Shown: positions 52,011 through 61,914, counted from the first letter of the stretch. The stretch: 64,000 bases of DNA from a bacterium (GCA_023267595.1 JAHFNB010000002.1:23947-87946), one strand, 5' to 3'. The notes: generated by a model from the sequence alone, not told the origin. Numbers and translations are program-made.

Positions 52011-52595
52011 TTATCTCTCTTCCAATAAATTGTTCTTGTCTCCAGGAGTGAGTAATCCTACATGAAAGGCATCTATTCCCATACAAAGAGAAAGTGTGTA
52101 GGCTACAGAGTTTGAGTTTTCTGTTCCACCACGTAAACTGACACCGAGCATTGGATAAAGTAAATTTTTTTTATTGATGGATGGAATACAACTAAGTGCC
52201 ATACTCCACAATGTCTTCATATCACTTTTATTTCCCTCAGATAAAATCTTTCCAGGGAATTTCTTTTCAGATAGATAGTATCGTGGACTATTGAACTCCC
52301 AAACTTTTAATTCATCGGTTGATTTTGTCCCAATATATTTCCATTCCCCAGTATTTGAATCTGTTGCAAGACCATGCAATTCAGATATGATATTTCCATT
52401 TGGATCACGAAGAGCAAGATAGTTATGTCCTGCAAATCCAAATAAAAGTGGGTGTTGCATGATCTGTATACTCCAATTCCCTGTCTTTGGTTTTGGTGTT
52501 GGTCGTGTAATTGGGTTATGTGTAATACTGTAAATAAATATAAAGAAAAGTAATGACCAAAAAAGATCTTTTATAAATCTATTTGTAAAAATCAT
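52011..52595 (-). CDS. Membrane-anchored hypothetical protein (likely start MIFTNRF)
   Basis: TGC-TATACT 6 nt before ATG 52595; N-terminal TM; GHNYL..ELHGLATD..NSNS motifs. Confidence 0.7.
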   Translation of the reverse strand: MIFTNRFIKDLFWSLLFFIFIYSITHNPITRPTPKPKTGNWSIQIMQHPLLFGFAGHNYLALRDPNGNIISELHGLATDSNTGEWKYIGTKSTDELKVWEFNSPRYYLSEKKFPGKILSEGNKSDMKTLWSMALSCIPSINKKNLLYPMLGVSLRGGTENSNSVAYTLSLCMGIDAFHVGLLTPGDKNNLLEER

Positions 52596-52697
52596 ATAGT
52601 AAGTATAGCAATAAAAGTCTATATTGACAGGACTTTTCAAGTAGAGTAGTGTTTTATCCAGATGTACCTTATTTCTATCTGTCTGTGAGAGGAAATT

Positions 52698-53075
52698 ATG
52701 AGCAAAGATGTGCATGAAATGCGAATGGCAGCCTTGGCAGTATTGATTGCCGACCTTTCAATTGATCTCGAAGAGGAGAAAGAAGAAAGAAAAAACCAAG
52801 AAATAAAATTTCATCGTATGGAGGGTGGGGTTTCTCGCGAAGACCTTCGGGAAATCTTTGAAGATCAAATAAAGAGGGGGATGATTTCTTTTCCAGATAT
52901 TATCAAAAAGAAAGTACCAGTTCTTGGTACCTGTTTCTTTGAAAATCAAGAAAAGCCTACTGTTCCGAGAATGGGTTTCGGTCCGCTCCTTCATGCTCAG
53001 TTTTTCTACGGTGATGAACGGATAGATCTCAAATTTCGAATCTCGTTTATCCCGTTTGTGACAGAAGAAAAATAA
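52698..53075 (+). CDS. Orphan hypothetical protein
   Basis: TTGACA-17-TAGTGT promoter, GAGG SD, terminator at 53090-53120. Confidence 0.6.
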   Translation: MSKDVHEMRMAALAVLIADLSIDLEEEKEERKNQEIKFHRMEGGVSREDLREIFEDQIKRGMISFPDIIKKKVPVLGTCFFENQEKPTVPRMGFGPLLHAQFFYGDERIDLKFRISFIPFVTEEK

Positions 53076-53120
53076 CAATGAAAGTTCAAAAATGCCCCAC
53101 ATCGGGGCATTTCGTTTTTT

Positions 53121-54524
53121 TTATTGTAATGCTATTTTTAATAGTTCCTGAAAGAGTGCAGGATTTCCACTACCTTTTGATTTCTTCATACATTGACCTA
53201 CAAAATACATAAACATGGCTTCTTTACCAGATTTATAATCTGCAACTTGAGTAGGAGATTCAGATAATACTTCTTCTATAATTTTCTTTAATGCCTCAGT
53301 ATCATTTGTTTGAATGAGATTATGTTTTTTCGCATACTCTTTCGGGTCCTGGTCATCTTTCATAATTATTGCAAGAATATCTTTTGTTCCGCGTGAGGAG
53401 AGTTCTCCGCGTATATTCATGTTTATGAGTTTTGCAAAGTTATCTGATGAAGGAAGTTTTAAGGATCCATCTTTTGCTAGAAGTCCAAGAGTATCACTAA
53501 GAAGATAGTTTGCTACTAGTACAGCATTATTTTCTCCAACAGAAGATAAAACAGAATCATAATAATTACTCATATGTACGTCATCAATTAATATATCTAC
53601 ATAATTTAATTGTAGATTGTACTTAGCATATCTTTCACGACGAACAGAAGGTAATTCTGGAAGAGATTTTTTAATTTCATCAATATTAAAAAGTTTATGA
53701 AGATAAAGTTTTGGTAAATCTGGGTCAGGGAAATATCTATAATCATGTGCATTTTCTTTTTTGCGTTGTGAAAAAGTTTCTTGTTTTGCTTCATCCCATC
53801 CACGAGTTTCTTGAATTACTTTTTCTCCTTTTTCGTATACTGCAATGTGACGCTTTACTTCGTAGTTAATGGCACCAAACACTGATGCGAATGAGTTTAT
53901 ATTTTTAACTTCACATTTTGTACCAAATTTTTCTTTATCTTTTGAAACAGAAATATTTGCTTCGATACGCATTTGACCGAGTTCCATGTTTGCATCACTT
54001 GCCTCCACATAGCGAAGTATTCTTTGTAATTCACGTGCGAAGGCTACTGCTTCTTCTGCAGAATGAATCACAGGCTCAGTTACTAATTCCATAAGTGGAA
54101 CTCCTGCACGATTATAATCAACGAGTGTATAACCATCATTATCATGTGATGATTTCGCAGTATCTTCTTCAAGGTGAATACGAGTGAGGGCTTTTCCATT
54201 CACCATACCACCTACAACAATAGGGAGTTTATATTGCGATATTTGATAACCCTTTGGAATATCTGGATAGAAATAATTTTTGCGATCAAACTCTGTAAAG
54301 TCTGCAATAATGCCACCAACAGCACATCCAACAGTTATTACTTTTTTGATGGCTTCGTGGTTTGCAACAGGGAGAGTTCCAGGATGCGCCATACACACCT
54401 CACAAATATTTTGATTAGGTTTTTTCTCTGTTGGGTCATTTTTACACCCACACCACATCTTACTGTTTGTGTGTAATTCGGCGTGAACTTCAAGACCAAT
54501 AGTCGTAATATACGGAGAAGACAT
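53121..54524 (-). CDS. gatB: Asp/Glu-tRNA amidotransferase subunit B (start MSSPY)
   Basis: IGLEVHAEL, FDRKNYFYPD, IHLEED, DYNRAGVPLMELV, YRYFPDPDL. Confidence 0.97.
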   Translation of the reverse strand: MSSPYITTIGLEVHAELHTNSKMWCGCKNDPTEKKPNQNICEVCMAHPGTLPVANHEAIKKVITVGCAVGGIIADFTEFDRKNYFYPDIPKGYQISQYKLPIVVGGMVNGKALTRIHLEEDTAKSSHDNDGYTLVDYNRAGVPLMELVTEPVIHSAEEAVAFARELQRILRYVEASDANMELGQMRIEANISVSKDKEKFGTKCEVKNINSFASVFGAINYEVKRHIAVYEKGEKVIQETRGWDEAKQETFSQRKKENAHDYRYFPDPDLPKLYLHKLFNIDEIKKSLPELPSVRRERYAKYNLQLNYVDILIDDVHMSNYYDSVLSSVGENNAVLVANYLLSDTLGLLAKDGSLKLPSSDNFAKLINMNIRGELSSRGTKDILAIIMKDDQDPKEYAKKHNLIQTNDTEALKKIIEEVLSESPTQVADYKSGKEAMFMYFVGQCMKKSKGSGNPALFQELLKIALQ

Positions 54525-54682
54525 GGGGCTAGTATAGCAAAAAACCATCATTCTTTAAAGTGTTTTCAGTGTCTGTGTAATGTGTGTATCTTTGACATTA
54601 TTGTTTATTTGTGATGGAATAGCAAATGAACTTGGCGCCTCATCATAAGGTAAAGAGAAATTGAACATTTAAAGGATATGAC

Positions 54683-55090
54683 ATGTCTACGACAATGGAT
54701 TTCTTCCCGAATAAAAAGACACCTTTTGATTTTGCAAAGGAAGGAAAGTTTTTCAAGGATGGTGCCATAAAGATGGCATTGCACGCATTTCATCTCGCGG
54801 GTCATCGTTACGAACAAGCAACCAAAGGAGAAAGAGAAACTTTGCTCATGGATTATTTGCAAACATCCATGCAATATATGGAAATACTCTACGGTGCAGA
54901 TCTTTATTGCACAACGGAGATATGGAATTGGAAGTTCATCTACTTTCTTTCGCGAGTAAAAATTCGTACCGAACTTAGGTTTGTTTACAGGTTTACCAAA
55001 CATAAGTTCAAGTCAGTAGTTTTCTCAGAAGAACAACGGCAATTGATGAGAAAGGTTGCTGAGTTGCTGAAATTAAAGGACAAGTCATGA
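54683..55090 (+). CDS. Orphan hypothetical protein
   Basis: TTGACA promoter, AAGGA SD, hairpin AAAAGCACCGC-GAC-GCGGTGCTTTT at 55098-55122. Confidence 0.6.
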   Translation: MSTTMDFFPNKKTPFDFAKEGKFFKDGAIKMALHAFHLAGHRYEQATKGERETLLMDYLQTSMQYMEILYGADLYCTTEIWNWKFIYFLSRVKIRTELRFVYRFTKHKFKSVVFSEEQRQLMRKVAELLKLKDKS

Positions 55091-55124
55091 AAAGTGAAAA
55101 AGCACCGCGACGCGGTGCTTTTGT

Positions 55125-55979
55125 TTATGGTACTGGAATTATTGTTGCAATAGATTTATATTTTTTATTCCATGTTTCTTGACGTTTTGCATACTGCATA
55201 CTCTTTGTAATTATCTCAGTTTTCATTTCTTGTTTATTTATTTTTCCTTCAAGATATTTTGTAATTGTTACATATTCAAGACCAAACTTTTTCATTGTGT
55301 TAGAGGTATATCCTTGCTGTAGTATGTGTTTCACTTCATCTATCATTCCATTGTGTAATCGTTTTTCAAGGCGTTGTGTAATACGTTTACGTACTACATC
55401 TCGTGTAGGGGACATGAGATAGAGTTTTGTTGTATAGATGAGTTTTGGTTTTGTTTGTGTGGGAACTTTACCGAGAGATTCTACTATTTCAAGTGCACGA
55501 ATTATACGTACACGATTATGCTTATCTATTTCTTTTGCGCGACGAGGATCTTTCTTACAAAGTAGTTCATATAATTCCTCAGTTTTTTTCTTTTCGAGTT
55601 TTTCTCTTAATATAGTATTTGGTTCTACATGAGGTATTGATGTATTAAAAATGAGAGAGTCTATGTATTGACCTGTACCACCACAAATAATTGGAGTTTT
55701 TTTACGAGCGAGAATATCTTTGAGTATAGGGAGTGCATGCTTTTTATACTGTGCAACGGAAAAAGTATCATCAAGGTTACATATATCTAACATATAATGC
55801 TTAATACCTTGCATTTCTTTTTTTGTAATTTTTCCTGTGCCAATATCTAATCCTTTATATATTTGTCGTGAATCTGCAGAAATAATCTCGCCATTATATT
55901 TCTTGGCAAGTTCTACAGCAAAATCGCTTTTACCGCTCGCAGTTGGTCCTGTGACCACTATGATTTCTCCTTGTTTCAT
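55125..55979 (-). CDS. miaA: tRNA dimethylallyltransferase (start MKQGE)
   Basis: GPTASGKS, SADSRQIY, GGTGQY, RIIRALE, YAKRQETW. Confidence 0.95.
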   Translation of the reverse strand: MKQGEIIVVTGPTASGKSDFAVELAKKYNGEIISADSRQIYKGLDIGTGKITKKEMQGIKHYMLDICNLDDTFSVAQYKKHALPILKDILARKKTPIICGGTGQYIDSLIFNTSIPHVEPNTILREKLEKKKTEELYELLCKKDPRRAKEIDKHNRVRIIRALEIVESLGKVPTQTKPKLIYTTKLYLMSPTRDVVRKRITQRLEKRLHNGMIDEVKHILQQGYTSNTMKKFGLEYVTITKYLEGKINKQEMKTEIITKSMQYAKRQETWNKKYKSIATIIPVP

Positions 55980-55998
55980 ACATGATACACTAGCACAT
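55980..55998. promoter_or_regulatory. Bidirectional overlapping extended -10 promoters for two leaderless genes
   Basis: + strand TGA-TACACT-7 nt-ATG; - strand TGC-TAGTGT-7 nt-ATG. Confidence 0.7.
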
Positions 55999-56229
55999 AT
56001 GTTAATTCTGTACACAAAAGATAATTGTGCATATTGTGATAAAGTAAAGCGTGCTTTTTGGGAACATAGTGTAGTTTATGAAGAAAGAAATATAAAAAAT
56101 CAGGATTTTTTGAAAGAAGTACAATCATATCAAGCACGTACCATGCCATTTTTATTTGATACATCTGCAAACGTAGCAATGGCAGAGTCCGATGACATTA
56201 TTAGTTACGCAATAGAGGATTCGTTTTAA
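55999..56229 (+). CDS. Glutaredoxin / GST-N-like protein (76 aa)
   Basis: LYTKDNCAYC, TMPFLFD, MAESDDIISY. Confidence 0.85.
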   Translation: MLILYTKDNCAYCDKVKRAFWEHSVVYEERNIKNQDFLKEVQSYQARTMPFLFDTSANVAMAESDDIISYAIEDSF

Positions 56230-56294
56230 CATACAAACAAAAACCACGTATTGACGAGAAGGTGTCATTACGTGGTTGTTGGAAGAACAAAGCA

Positions 56295-56612
56295 TTACAA
56301 CACATGCATTTCGATTTCTGGGAATTCGGTTGCTAGGAGAAGATGCGGTTCTTTCCTTTCTATCCTCCTTAGTTCCATAGACCCTCGTGGTAGACGAATC
56401 CATGTAAATGTCAGTACATCATATCTGACGAGTTTGTGTTCTTTTAAAAGAAATAATACTCTTTCGACAGTTATTCGAGAACATTGTTTATTGAATCTAC
56501 TTTTAATTCTTCGAGAAACCGCAAGTGAAGATGTGCCGCGTTCAAAATGATCTGGAATACTTGTCACTGATGCAAGTACACGGACATATTTTTTTGATCC
56601 TAAGAAATACAT
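56295..56612 (-). CDS. Orphan basic protein (possible winged helix)
   Basis: GGGAG SD; hairpin at 56242-56277 downstream; lies just beyond the tRNA-Leu module. Confidence 0.5.
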   Translation of the reverse strand: MYFLGSKKYVRVLASVTSIPDHFERGTSSLAVSRRIKSRFNKQCSRITVERVLFLLKEHKLVRYDVLTFTWIRLPRGSMELRRIERKEPHLLLATEFPEIEMHVL

Positions 56613-56685
56613 GAAAAATCTCCCTGTTTAGAATCTTTTGTACAAACCCATTTATAGACTACTACAGAAAAAAATATTTGTATAC

Positions 56686-56811
56686 TTTGTGCCGGGGGTG
56701 GGACTTGGTCACAAAACTACCTCGCATTGCTCGCCTGCCGGTGAGGTAGGCTCGAAGTAGTTTCGCGACCCCATATTCAAGTCCCACACAAAAGTGACGC
56801 AGGTCACTTTT
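56686..56811 (-). repeat. tRNA-linked hairpin module, copy 3 (Leu)
   Basis: 22-bp direct repeat 56686-56707 = 56840-56861; inverted T-arm 56776-56787; hairpin 56790-56811 with CTGC loop in tRNA sense. Confidence 0.75.
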
Positions 56812-56843
56812 TCCCAACACAAAATCATTTCATTCTTTTTTTG

Positions 56844-56924
56844 TGCCGGGGGTGGGACTTGAACCCACACACCTTACGATACACGATTTTGAGTCGTGCG
56901 CGTCTACCATTCCGCCACCCCGGC
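56844..56924 (-). tRNA. tRNA-Leu(CAA)
   Basis: GCCGGGG/CCCCGGC acceptor, CACGA-CTCAAAA-TCGTG, variable arm, A73. Confidence 0.93.
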
Positions 56925-57035
56925 TTTGATGTGAGTATTCTAGCATACTGTGTGCGTAAAAAGTATTTGTATTTCTGCCAACTAATAACTATTAACTACT
57001 AACTATCTTTGATATACTTTTGACATCATACACTT

Positions 57036-58139
57036 ATGGGAAACATTGAAGGCAATATTTTTTGGATAGAAACAGAGAAAATCATACCAAATCCGTACCA
57101 GCCACGGCGTGAATTTGATCAGGATAGATTGAAAGAATTATCTGACAGTATTCGTCAGTATGGAGTATTACAACCTCTTGTTGTATCACGGCAAGAAACA
57201 GTTTCGACTGACGGTAGTGTCAAAGTAGAGTATGAATTAATAGCAGGGGAACGCCGTTTGCGTGCTTCACGTCTTGCGGGACTCACTCAGGTGCCTGTCG
57301 TTGTGCGTACAGGGGATGATAGTCGTGCAAAATTGGAACTTGCAATTATTGAAAATCTTCAACGTGAAGATTTAAATGCAGTAGAACGTGCTCAATCATT
57401 CCAACGGTTAGCAGATGAGTTTAAATTGACATGGGCAGATGTTGGAAGAAAAGTTGGAAAGAGTCGTGAATATGTTTCGAATACTGTTCGTATCTTAATG
57501 CTCCCACAAGATATATTAGATGCTCTTTCAAAAGGGCAAATTAGTGAAGGTCATACACGACCACTTCTTATGCTTATCGACAGACCACAAGAGCAGATGA
57601 CGCTCTTTAAAGAAATGATGGTGCGTAAAATGACAGTACGTGAAGCAGAAAGTATTGCACGACGTATTGCATTTGAAAAAGTTCGTAAGAAAGATTTCTT
57701 CATGACACCAGAAGTGGTGGATATGGAAGAAAAACTCGCCGAAACATTAGGGACACGTGTACAAATAGAACCACGTGAACGTGGTGGGCGTATTTGGATA
57801 GATTATTTTTCTCATGAAGAATTACTCGCTTTATCTGTTGCAATTCGAAAAGCAGGTGAACACAAAACGCATAAAGGAATGTTTGATACTATCAAAGAAG
57901 AAGATATGGAAACATTGCGTGCACAAGGGGAAAGTCCTCGGCATATAGAACCAGTGACAGAGTTTACACATTTAGCACATGAAGATGTTGGAAATGAAGT
58001 AACACAAACCTCAAGTGAAGCAATAGAACAAGATGTGTATGGAAAAGAAACTGTTGCTATTGATGATAGATCTATTGCAGAAGTAAAAGCAGAAGAACAA
58101 AGTGATGATCTCTATAATGTTAAAAACTTCGCAATTTAA
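57036..58139 (+). CDS. parB: ParB/Spo0J partition protein with acidic C-terminal tail
   Basis: PNPYQPRREF, GVLQPLVV, IAGERRLRA, IENLQREDL, GKSREYVSN HTH. Confidence 0.92.
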   Translation: MGNIEGNIFWIETEKIIPNPYQPRREFDQDRLKELSDSIRQYGVLQPLVVSRQETVSTDGSVKVEYELIAGERRLRASRLAGLTQVPVVVRTGDDSRAKLELAIIENLQREDLNAVERAQSFQRLADEFKLTWADVGRKVGKSREYVSNTVRILMLPQDILDALSKGQISEGHTRPLLMLIDRPQEQMTLFKEMMVRKMTVREAESIARRIAFEKVRKKDFFMTPEVVDMEEKLAETLGTRVQIEPRERGGRIWIDYFSHEELLALSVAIRKAGEHKTHKGMFDTIKEEDMETLRAQGESPRHIEPVTEFTHLAHEDVGNEVTQTSSEAIEQDVYGKETVAIDDRSIAEVKAEEQSDDLYNVKNFAI

Positions 58140-58143
58140 ATAA

Positions 58144-59628
58144 TTAGCGTGTTAGTAATTTCTCTAGAGTACTTCCGTGTTCTTTAATATAATTTCTGAT
58201 ATGACGTTTTGCAAGTGTTGTGCGAGCCATGTCTATCCATTTTCGTTTTGGTGTTGAACTTTCTTTAACTTCTATTTCTATAACATCTCGATTTTGTAAT
58301 ATGGTATCTAAGGGGACAAGTTTTCCATTTACTTTTGCACCTGCGGTATGATCTCCGATATCTGAGTGAACTGTGTATGCAAAATCAATAGGGGTTGAGC
58401 CTTCTGGTAAATCAATGACATCTCCTTTTGGTGTAAGAACAAATACACGATTTTCAAAAAAGTCACTTTTCAAGTTTTTCATAAACTCTTTATGGTGTTC
58501 TACATCTTGTTGCCATTCGAGTAGTTCTTTTGTCCAACCAGTTTTTCTTTGTATCTCTTCTTTGTTTGCATGTTTACCGAGTTCTTTGTAGGAGAGATGA
58601 GATGCGATACCGTATTCTGCTTCGCGATGCATTTCTGGTGTACGTATTTGTATTTCAAGAGTACTACCATCACCAGAAAATATTGTTGTGTGTAATGATC
58701 GATATCCGTTTGGCTTTGGTACAGCAATGTAGTCTTTGAATCTTCCTGGTACTGGACGATATAGTCCATGGATAACACCAAGTGCTTGATAGCAATCAGA
58801 GATAGTTGGTACGATAATACGAAGTGCAACCACATCATGCACTTTTGTTGTATCCATTTTGTAGCGCTTTAATTTTTGCCATAAAGAATACAGATGTTTA
58901 ACACGATGGTCGATGCGTTCAATTTCTACATCAAAAATAACAAGTTCATCTTTTAATTTTACAACAACTTTCTCTAATTGTTCATCAGAAATTGGTCGCA
59001 TACTTTCAAAAAGTTCCAAAGTTTTTTTGTAATCTTCCGGATACACATATGGAAATGCCGCATCTTCTAATTGTGCTTTTAATCGTCCCATACCTAATCG
59101 GTCTGCAAGACGTGCATGGATTTCAAGTGTTTCAAGTGCGATACGCTTTTGTTTTTCCGGAGAGACATATTGCAATGTTTCTATATTGTGTAATCTGTCA
59201 CAGAGTTTAATAACCACAACACGTATATCATCTGCCATTGCAACGAAAAACTTACGCAATGATTCGACGTGACGTTCTGCACCTGAATATCGTAATTTTC
59301 CTAACTTTGTCACACCTTCTACAAGTTTTGTAATATGGTCACCAAATTCTTTTGTCATCTCTTCATTAGTCACAGGAGTGTCTTCAAGTACATCGTGCAT
59401 AATGCCGGCTGCTATCGTATCAACATCCATTTTTAAAATAGCAAGATTAATTCCTGTTGCAAAGACATGATTGTAGTATGGTTCACCAGATTTACGTAGT
59501 TGTCCTTCGTGTGCTCTCTTTGCAAATTCACAGGCTCTTTGTATAAGTGTTTTATCTTTTTCTTTAATATCAGGAAGTAACGCAAAAATGCGTTCTGGGT
59601 TGGTATCCATAAAGAGAGGGGTGTCCAT
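58144..59628 (-). CDS. rel: RelA/SpoT (p)ppGpp synthetase/hydrolase ending at the TGS domain
   Basis: RKSGEPY, HDVLED, RVKHLYS, KDYIAVPKPNGYRSLHT, EIQIRT, TPKGD..TPIDFAY TGS. Confidence 0.92.
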   Translation of the reverse strand: MDTPLFMDTNPERIFALLPDIKEKDKTLIQRACEFAKRAHEGQLRKSGEPYYNHVFATGINLAILKMDVDTIAAGIMHDVLEDTPVTNEEMTKEFGDHITKLVEGVTKLGKLRYSGAERHVESLRKFFVAMADDIRVVVIKLCDRLHNIETLQYVSPEKQKRIALETLEIHARLADRLGMGRLKAQLEDAAFPYVYPEDYKKTLELFESMRPISDEQLEKVVVKLKDELVIFDVEIERIDHRVKHLYSLWQKLKRYKMDTTKVHDVVALRIIVPTISDCYQALGVIHGLYRPVPGRFKDYIAVPKPNGYRSLHTTIFSGDGSTLEIQIRTPEMHREAEYGIASHLSYKELGKHANKEEIQRKTGWTKELLEWQQDVEHHKEFMKNLKSDFFENRVFVLTPKGDVIDLPEGSTPIDFAYTVHSDIGDHTAGAKVNGKLVPLDTILQNRDVIEIEVKESSTPKRKWIDMARTTLAKRHIRNYIKEHGSTLEKLLTR

Positions 59629-59673
59629 ATAGTTACAATATCAAAAAATTAAGAATATGTGAAGAAAGATTTT

Positions 59674-59700
59674 ACTAAGGCGCCCATGGGCGCCTTTAGT
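59674..59700 (-). terminator. Hairpin after topA
   Basis: ACTAAGGCGCCC-AT-GGGCGCCTTTAGT. Confidence 0.6.
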
Positions 59701-59703
59701 TTT

Positions 59704-61914
59704 TTATTTTTTAATTTCTAATTTATGAGGATTATGATTCGGACAGGTTTTATCACTACAACGTTCTGGAATGGTTTTTGTACCAATCATCATAAGTTCG
59801 CCGCATAACGTACCGTCATCTTTTTTATAGGTACAACGATTTCCTGTAGGTCTCGTTTTGATAATATGTTTACAGTCTGGGTAATTTGAACATGAATAAA
59901 ATACTCCGAATCGCCCTTTTCGTTCTTCCATATACCCATCTTTACATTTATTACATGCTACTCCCGTTGAGTTTGCTTTACGCATTTCTTCATCTTGTTC
60001 TATGTATTTACATTTTGGATAATTTGAACAGGCAATAAACTTTCCATAACGACCATCACGTTCCATAAGTTCACCTGTACCACACTTCGGACATTCTTTA
60101 CCAAGTTTTTTAGGGCCTTCCATTACCGTTCCATCTATTTTGCGTGCACCCATGCATTCTGGATATCGTGAACATGAATAAAACTTTCCATTACGCGCAA
60201 GTTTTATCACCATAGTTGCATTACACAGTGGACACATCATTCCATCAGGTGCATCTCCCATACTTGTTGCTTTTTCAAGTTTTTCTTTTGATTTAACATC
60301 TTTTAAAAATGGTCCATAAAAATCTTTCAAGATTTTTAAATATGTCGTTTTTCCTTCGGCGATAGTATCTAACTTATTTTCCATATCTGCAGTAAATGTA
60401 TCACTAATATATGAGGGAAAATGTTCTTCTAGAAAAGAGATAACTACTTCACCTGTGTCTGTTGGATAGAGTGCTTTACTTATTTTTTCTACATAACCAC
60501 GTGCTTCGATGGTAGATAAAATAGAGGCATATGTTGAAGGGCGACCAATGTCACGTTTCTCCAATTCTTTAATAAGACCTGCTTCTGAATAACGATTTGG
60601 TGGAAGGGTGGCTTTTTCTATTGCTTGAAGTGTCTTTAGATTTAATGTATCACCTTTTTTAAGTTCAGGTAAAATGACATCGTCACCTTTTGCGTCTTGG
60701 TCAACAAGTAACCATCCTGCAAATATAACCACAGATCCTGTGACAGAAAAATTAGGAATACTTTTTGATGTAATATTTGCAACTACTTTACTACGTTTTA
60801 ACTTTGCGTCTTTCATTTGAGATGATACAGTGCGCTCCCATATCAATGAATAGAGTCGCTTTTCGTCGTCTGTTGTACCACCAGATCGTGATTGGGCATG
60901 TGTTGGGCGAATGGCCTCATGGGCTTCCTGAGCATTTTTTGATTTTGTTTTGTAGTGTCTAATTTCTACCAATTCTTTTCCAAAAATTTTTTCAATTACT
61001 GTTGCTATTTCAGATAATGCAGTTTGTGACAATGTTGTACTATCGGTACGCATATAGGTAATAAGACCTTTTTCATATAACTTTTGTGCAATACTCATCG
61101 TACGTGATGGGGAATATCCGAGCCGTGAGGATGCAGTTTGTTGTAGTGTAGATGTCGTAAACGGTGCACGTGGTGAACGTGATACTTCAGTACTTTCTAC
61201 CGAAACAACTTCCCAAGAATTATTTTTCCCTTCTTTGACAATTCTTTCGGCCTCTTTCTTTTCACGAGGTTCTATTTCACAATCAAGTTGCAATATATAT
61301 GTCTTACTTTCCTTCATTTTTCCAATTGTTGTGAACTCTCCTGCAATAACGTAATAGGTTTCAGGAATGAATGCACGTATTTCACGTTCACGTTCCATAA
61401 TGATGCGGAGTGCAGGGGATTGTACACGACCAGCAGAAAGACCATAACGGACCTTTTTCCAGATGATTCCTGAGAGATCGTACCCGACTAATCTATCGAG
61501 TACACGACGTGCTTCTTGTGCTTCTTTCAAATTAATATCTATATCACGTGGATGCTTCAGTGCTTCTTTGATAGCCTCTGGTGTAATTTCATGGAATGCA
61601 ACACGTTTTGCATTTTTTAAATTGCAGGCTTCTTGTATATGCCATGCTATTGCTTCTCCTTCACGGTCTGGGTCAGTTGCAAGGTAGACTTCACTTGATT
61701 TTTTTGCAAGAGATTTAATATCAGCAATCACCTTTTCTTTTCCTGCACTTACCTCATAGTGTGGAATAAAACCACCCTCGATATCAAGAGCCTTTTTATT
61801 ACTCTTTGGTAAATCACGAATATGACCAATAGACGCACGAACTGTATATTCGCCGTCGAGATATTTCGATATAGTTTTTGCCTTTGATGGACTCTCTACA
61901 ATTAATAGTTTCAT
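59704..61914 (-). CDS. topA: DNA topoisomerase I with C-terminal zinc ribbons
   Basis: LIVESPSKAK, ATDPDREGE, SAGRVQS, ITYMRTDS, repeated C..YP.C zinc fingers. Confidence 0.98.
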   Translation of the reverse strand: MKLLIVESPSKAKTISKYLDGEYTVRASIGHIRDLPKSNKKALDIEGGFIPHYEVSAGKEKVIADIKSLAKKSSEVYLATDPDREGEAIAWHIQEACNLKNAKRVAFHEITPEAIKEALKHPRDIDINLKEAQEARRVLDRLVGYDLSGIIWKKVRYGLSAGRVQSPALRIIMEREREIRAFIPETYYVIAGEFTTIGKMKESKTYILQLDCEIEPREKKEAERIVKEGKNNSWEVVSVESTEVSRSPRAPFTTSTLQQTASSRLGYSPSRTMSIAQKLYEKGLITYMRTDSTTLSQTALSEIATVIEKIFGKELVEIRHYKTKSKNAQEAHEAIRPTHAQSRSGGTTDDEKRLYSLIWERTVSSQMKDAKLKRSKVVANITSKSIPNFSVTGSVVIFAGWLLVDQDAKGDDVILPELKKGDTLNLKTLQAIEKATLPPNRYSEAGLIKELEKRDIGRPSTYASILSTIEARGYVEKISKALYPTDTGEVVISFLEEHFPSYISDTFTADMENKLDTIAEGKTTYLKILKDFYGPFLKDVKSKEKLEKATSMGDAPDGMMCPLCNATMVIKLARNGKFYSCSRYPECMGARKIDGTVMEGPKKLGKECPKCGTGELMERDGRYGKFIACSNYPKCKYIEQDEEMRKANSTGVACNKCKDGYMEERKGRFGVFYSCSNYPDCKHIIKTRPTGNRCTYKKDDGTLCGELMMIGTKTIPERCSDKTCPNHNPHKLEIKK

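Noticed and set aside
26840-56861. CRISPR array from the repeated hairpin modules
   Set aside because: Copies are dispersed, not regularly spaced, and there are no cas genes in the window
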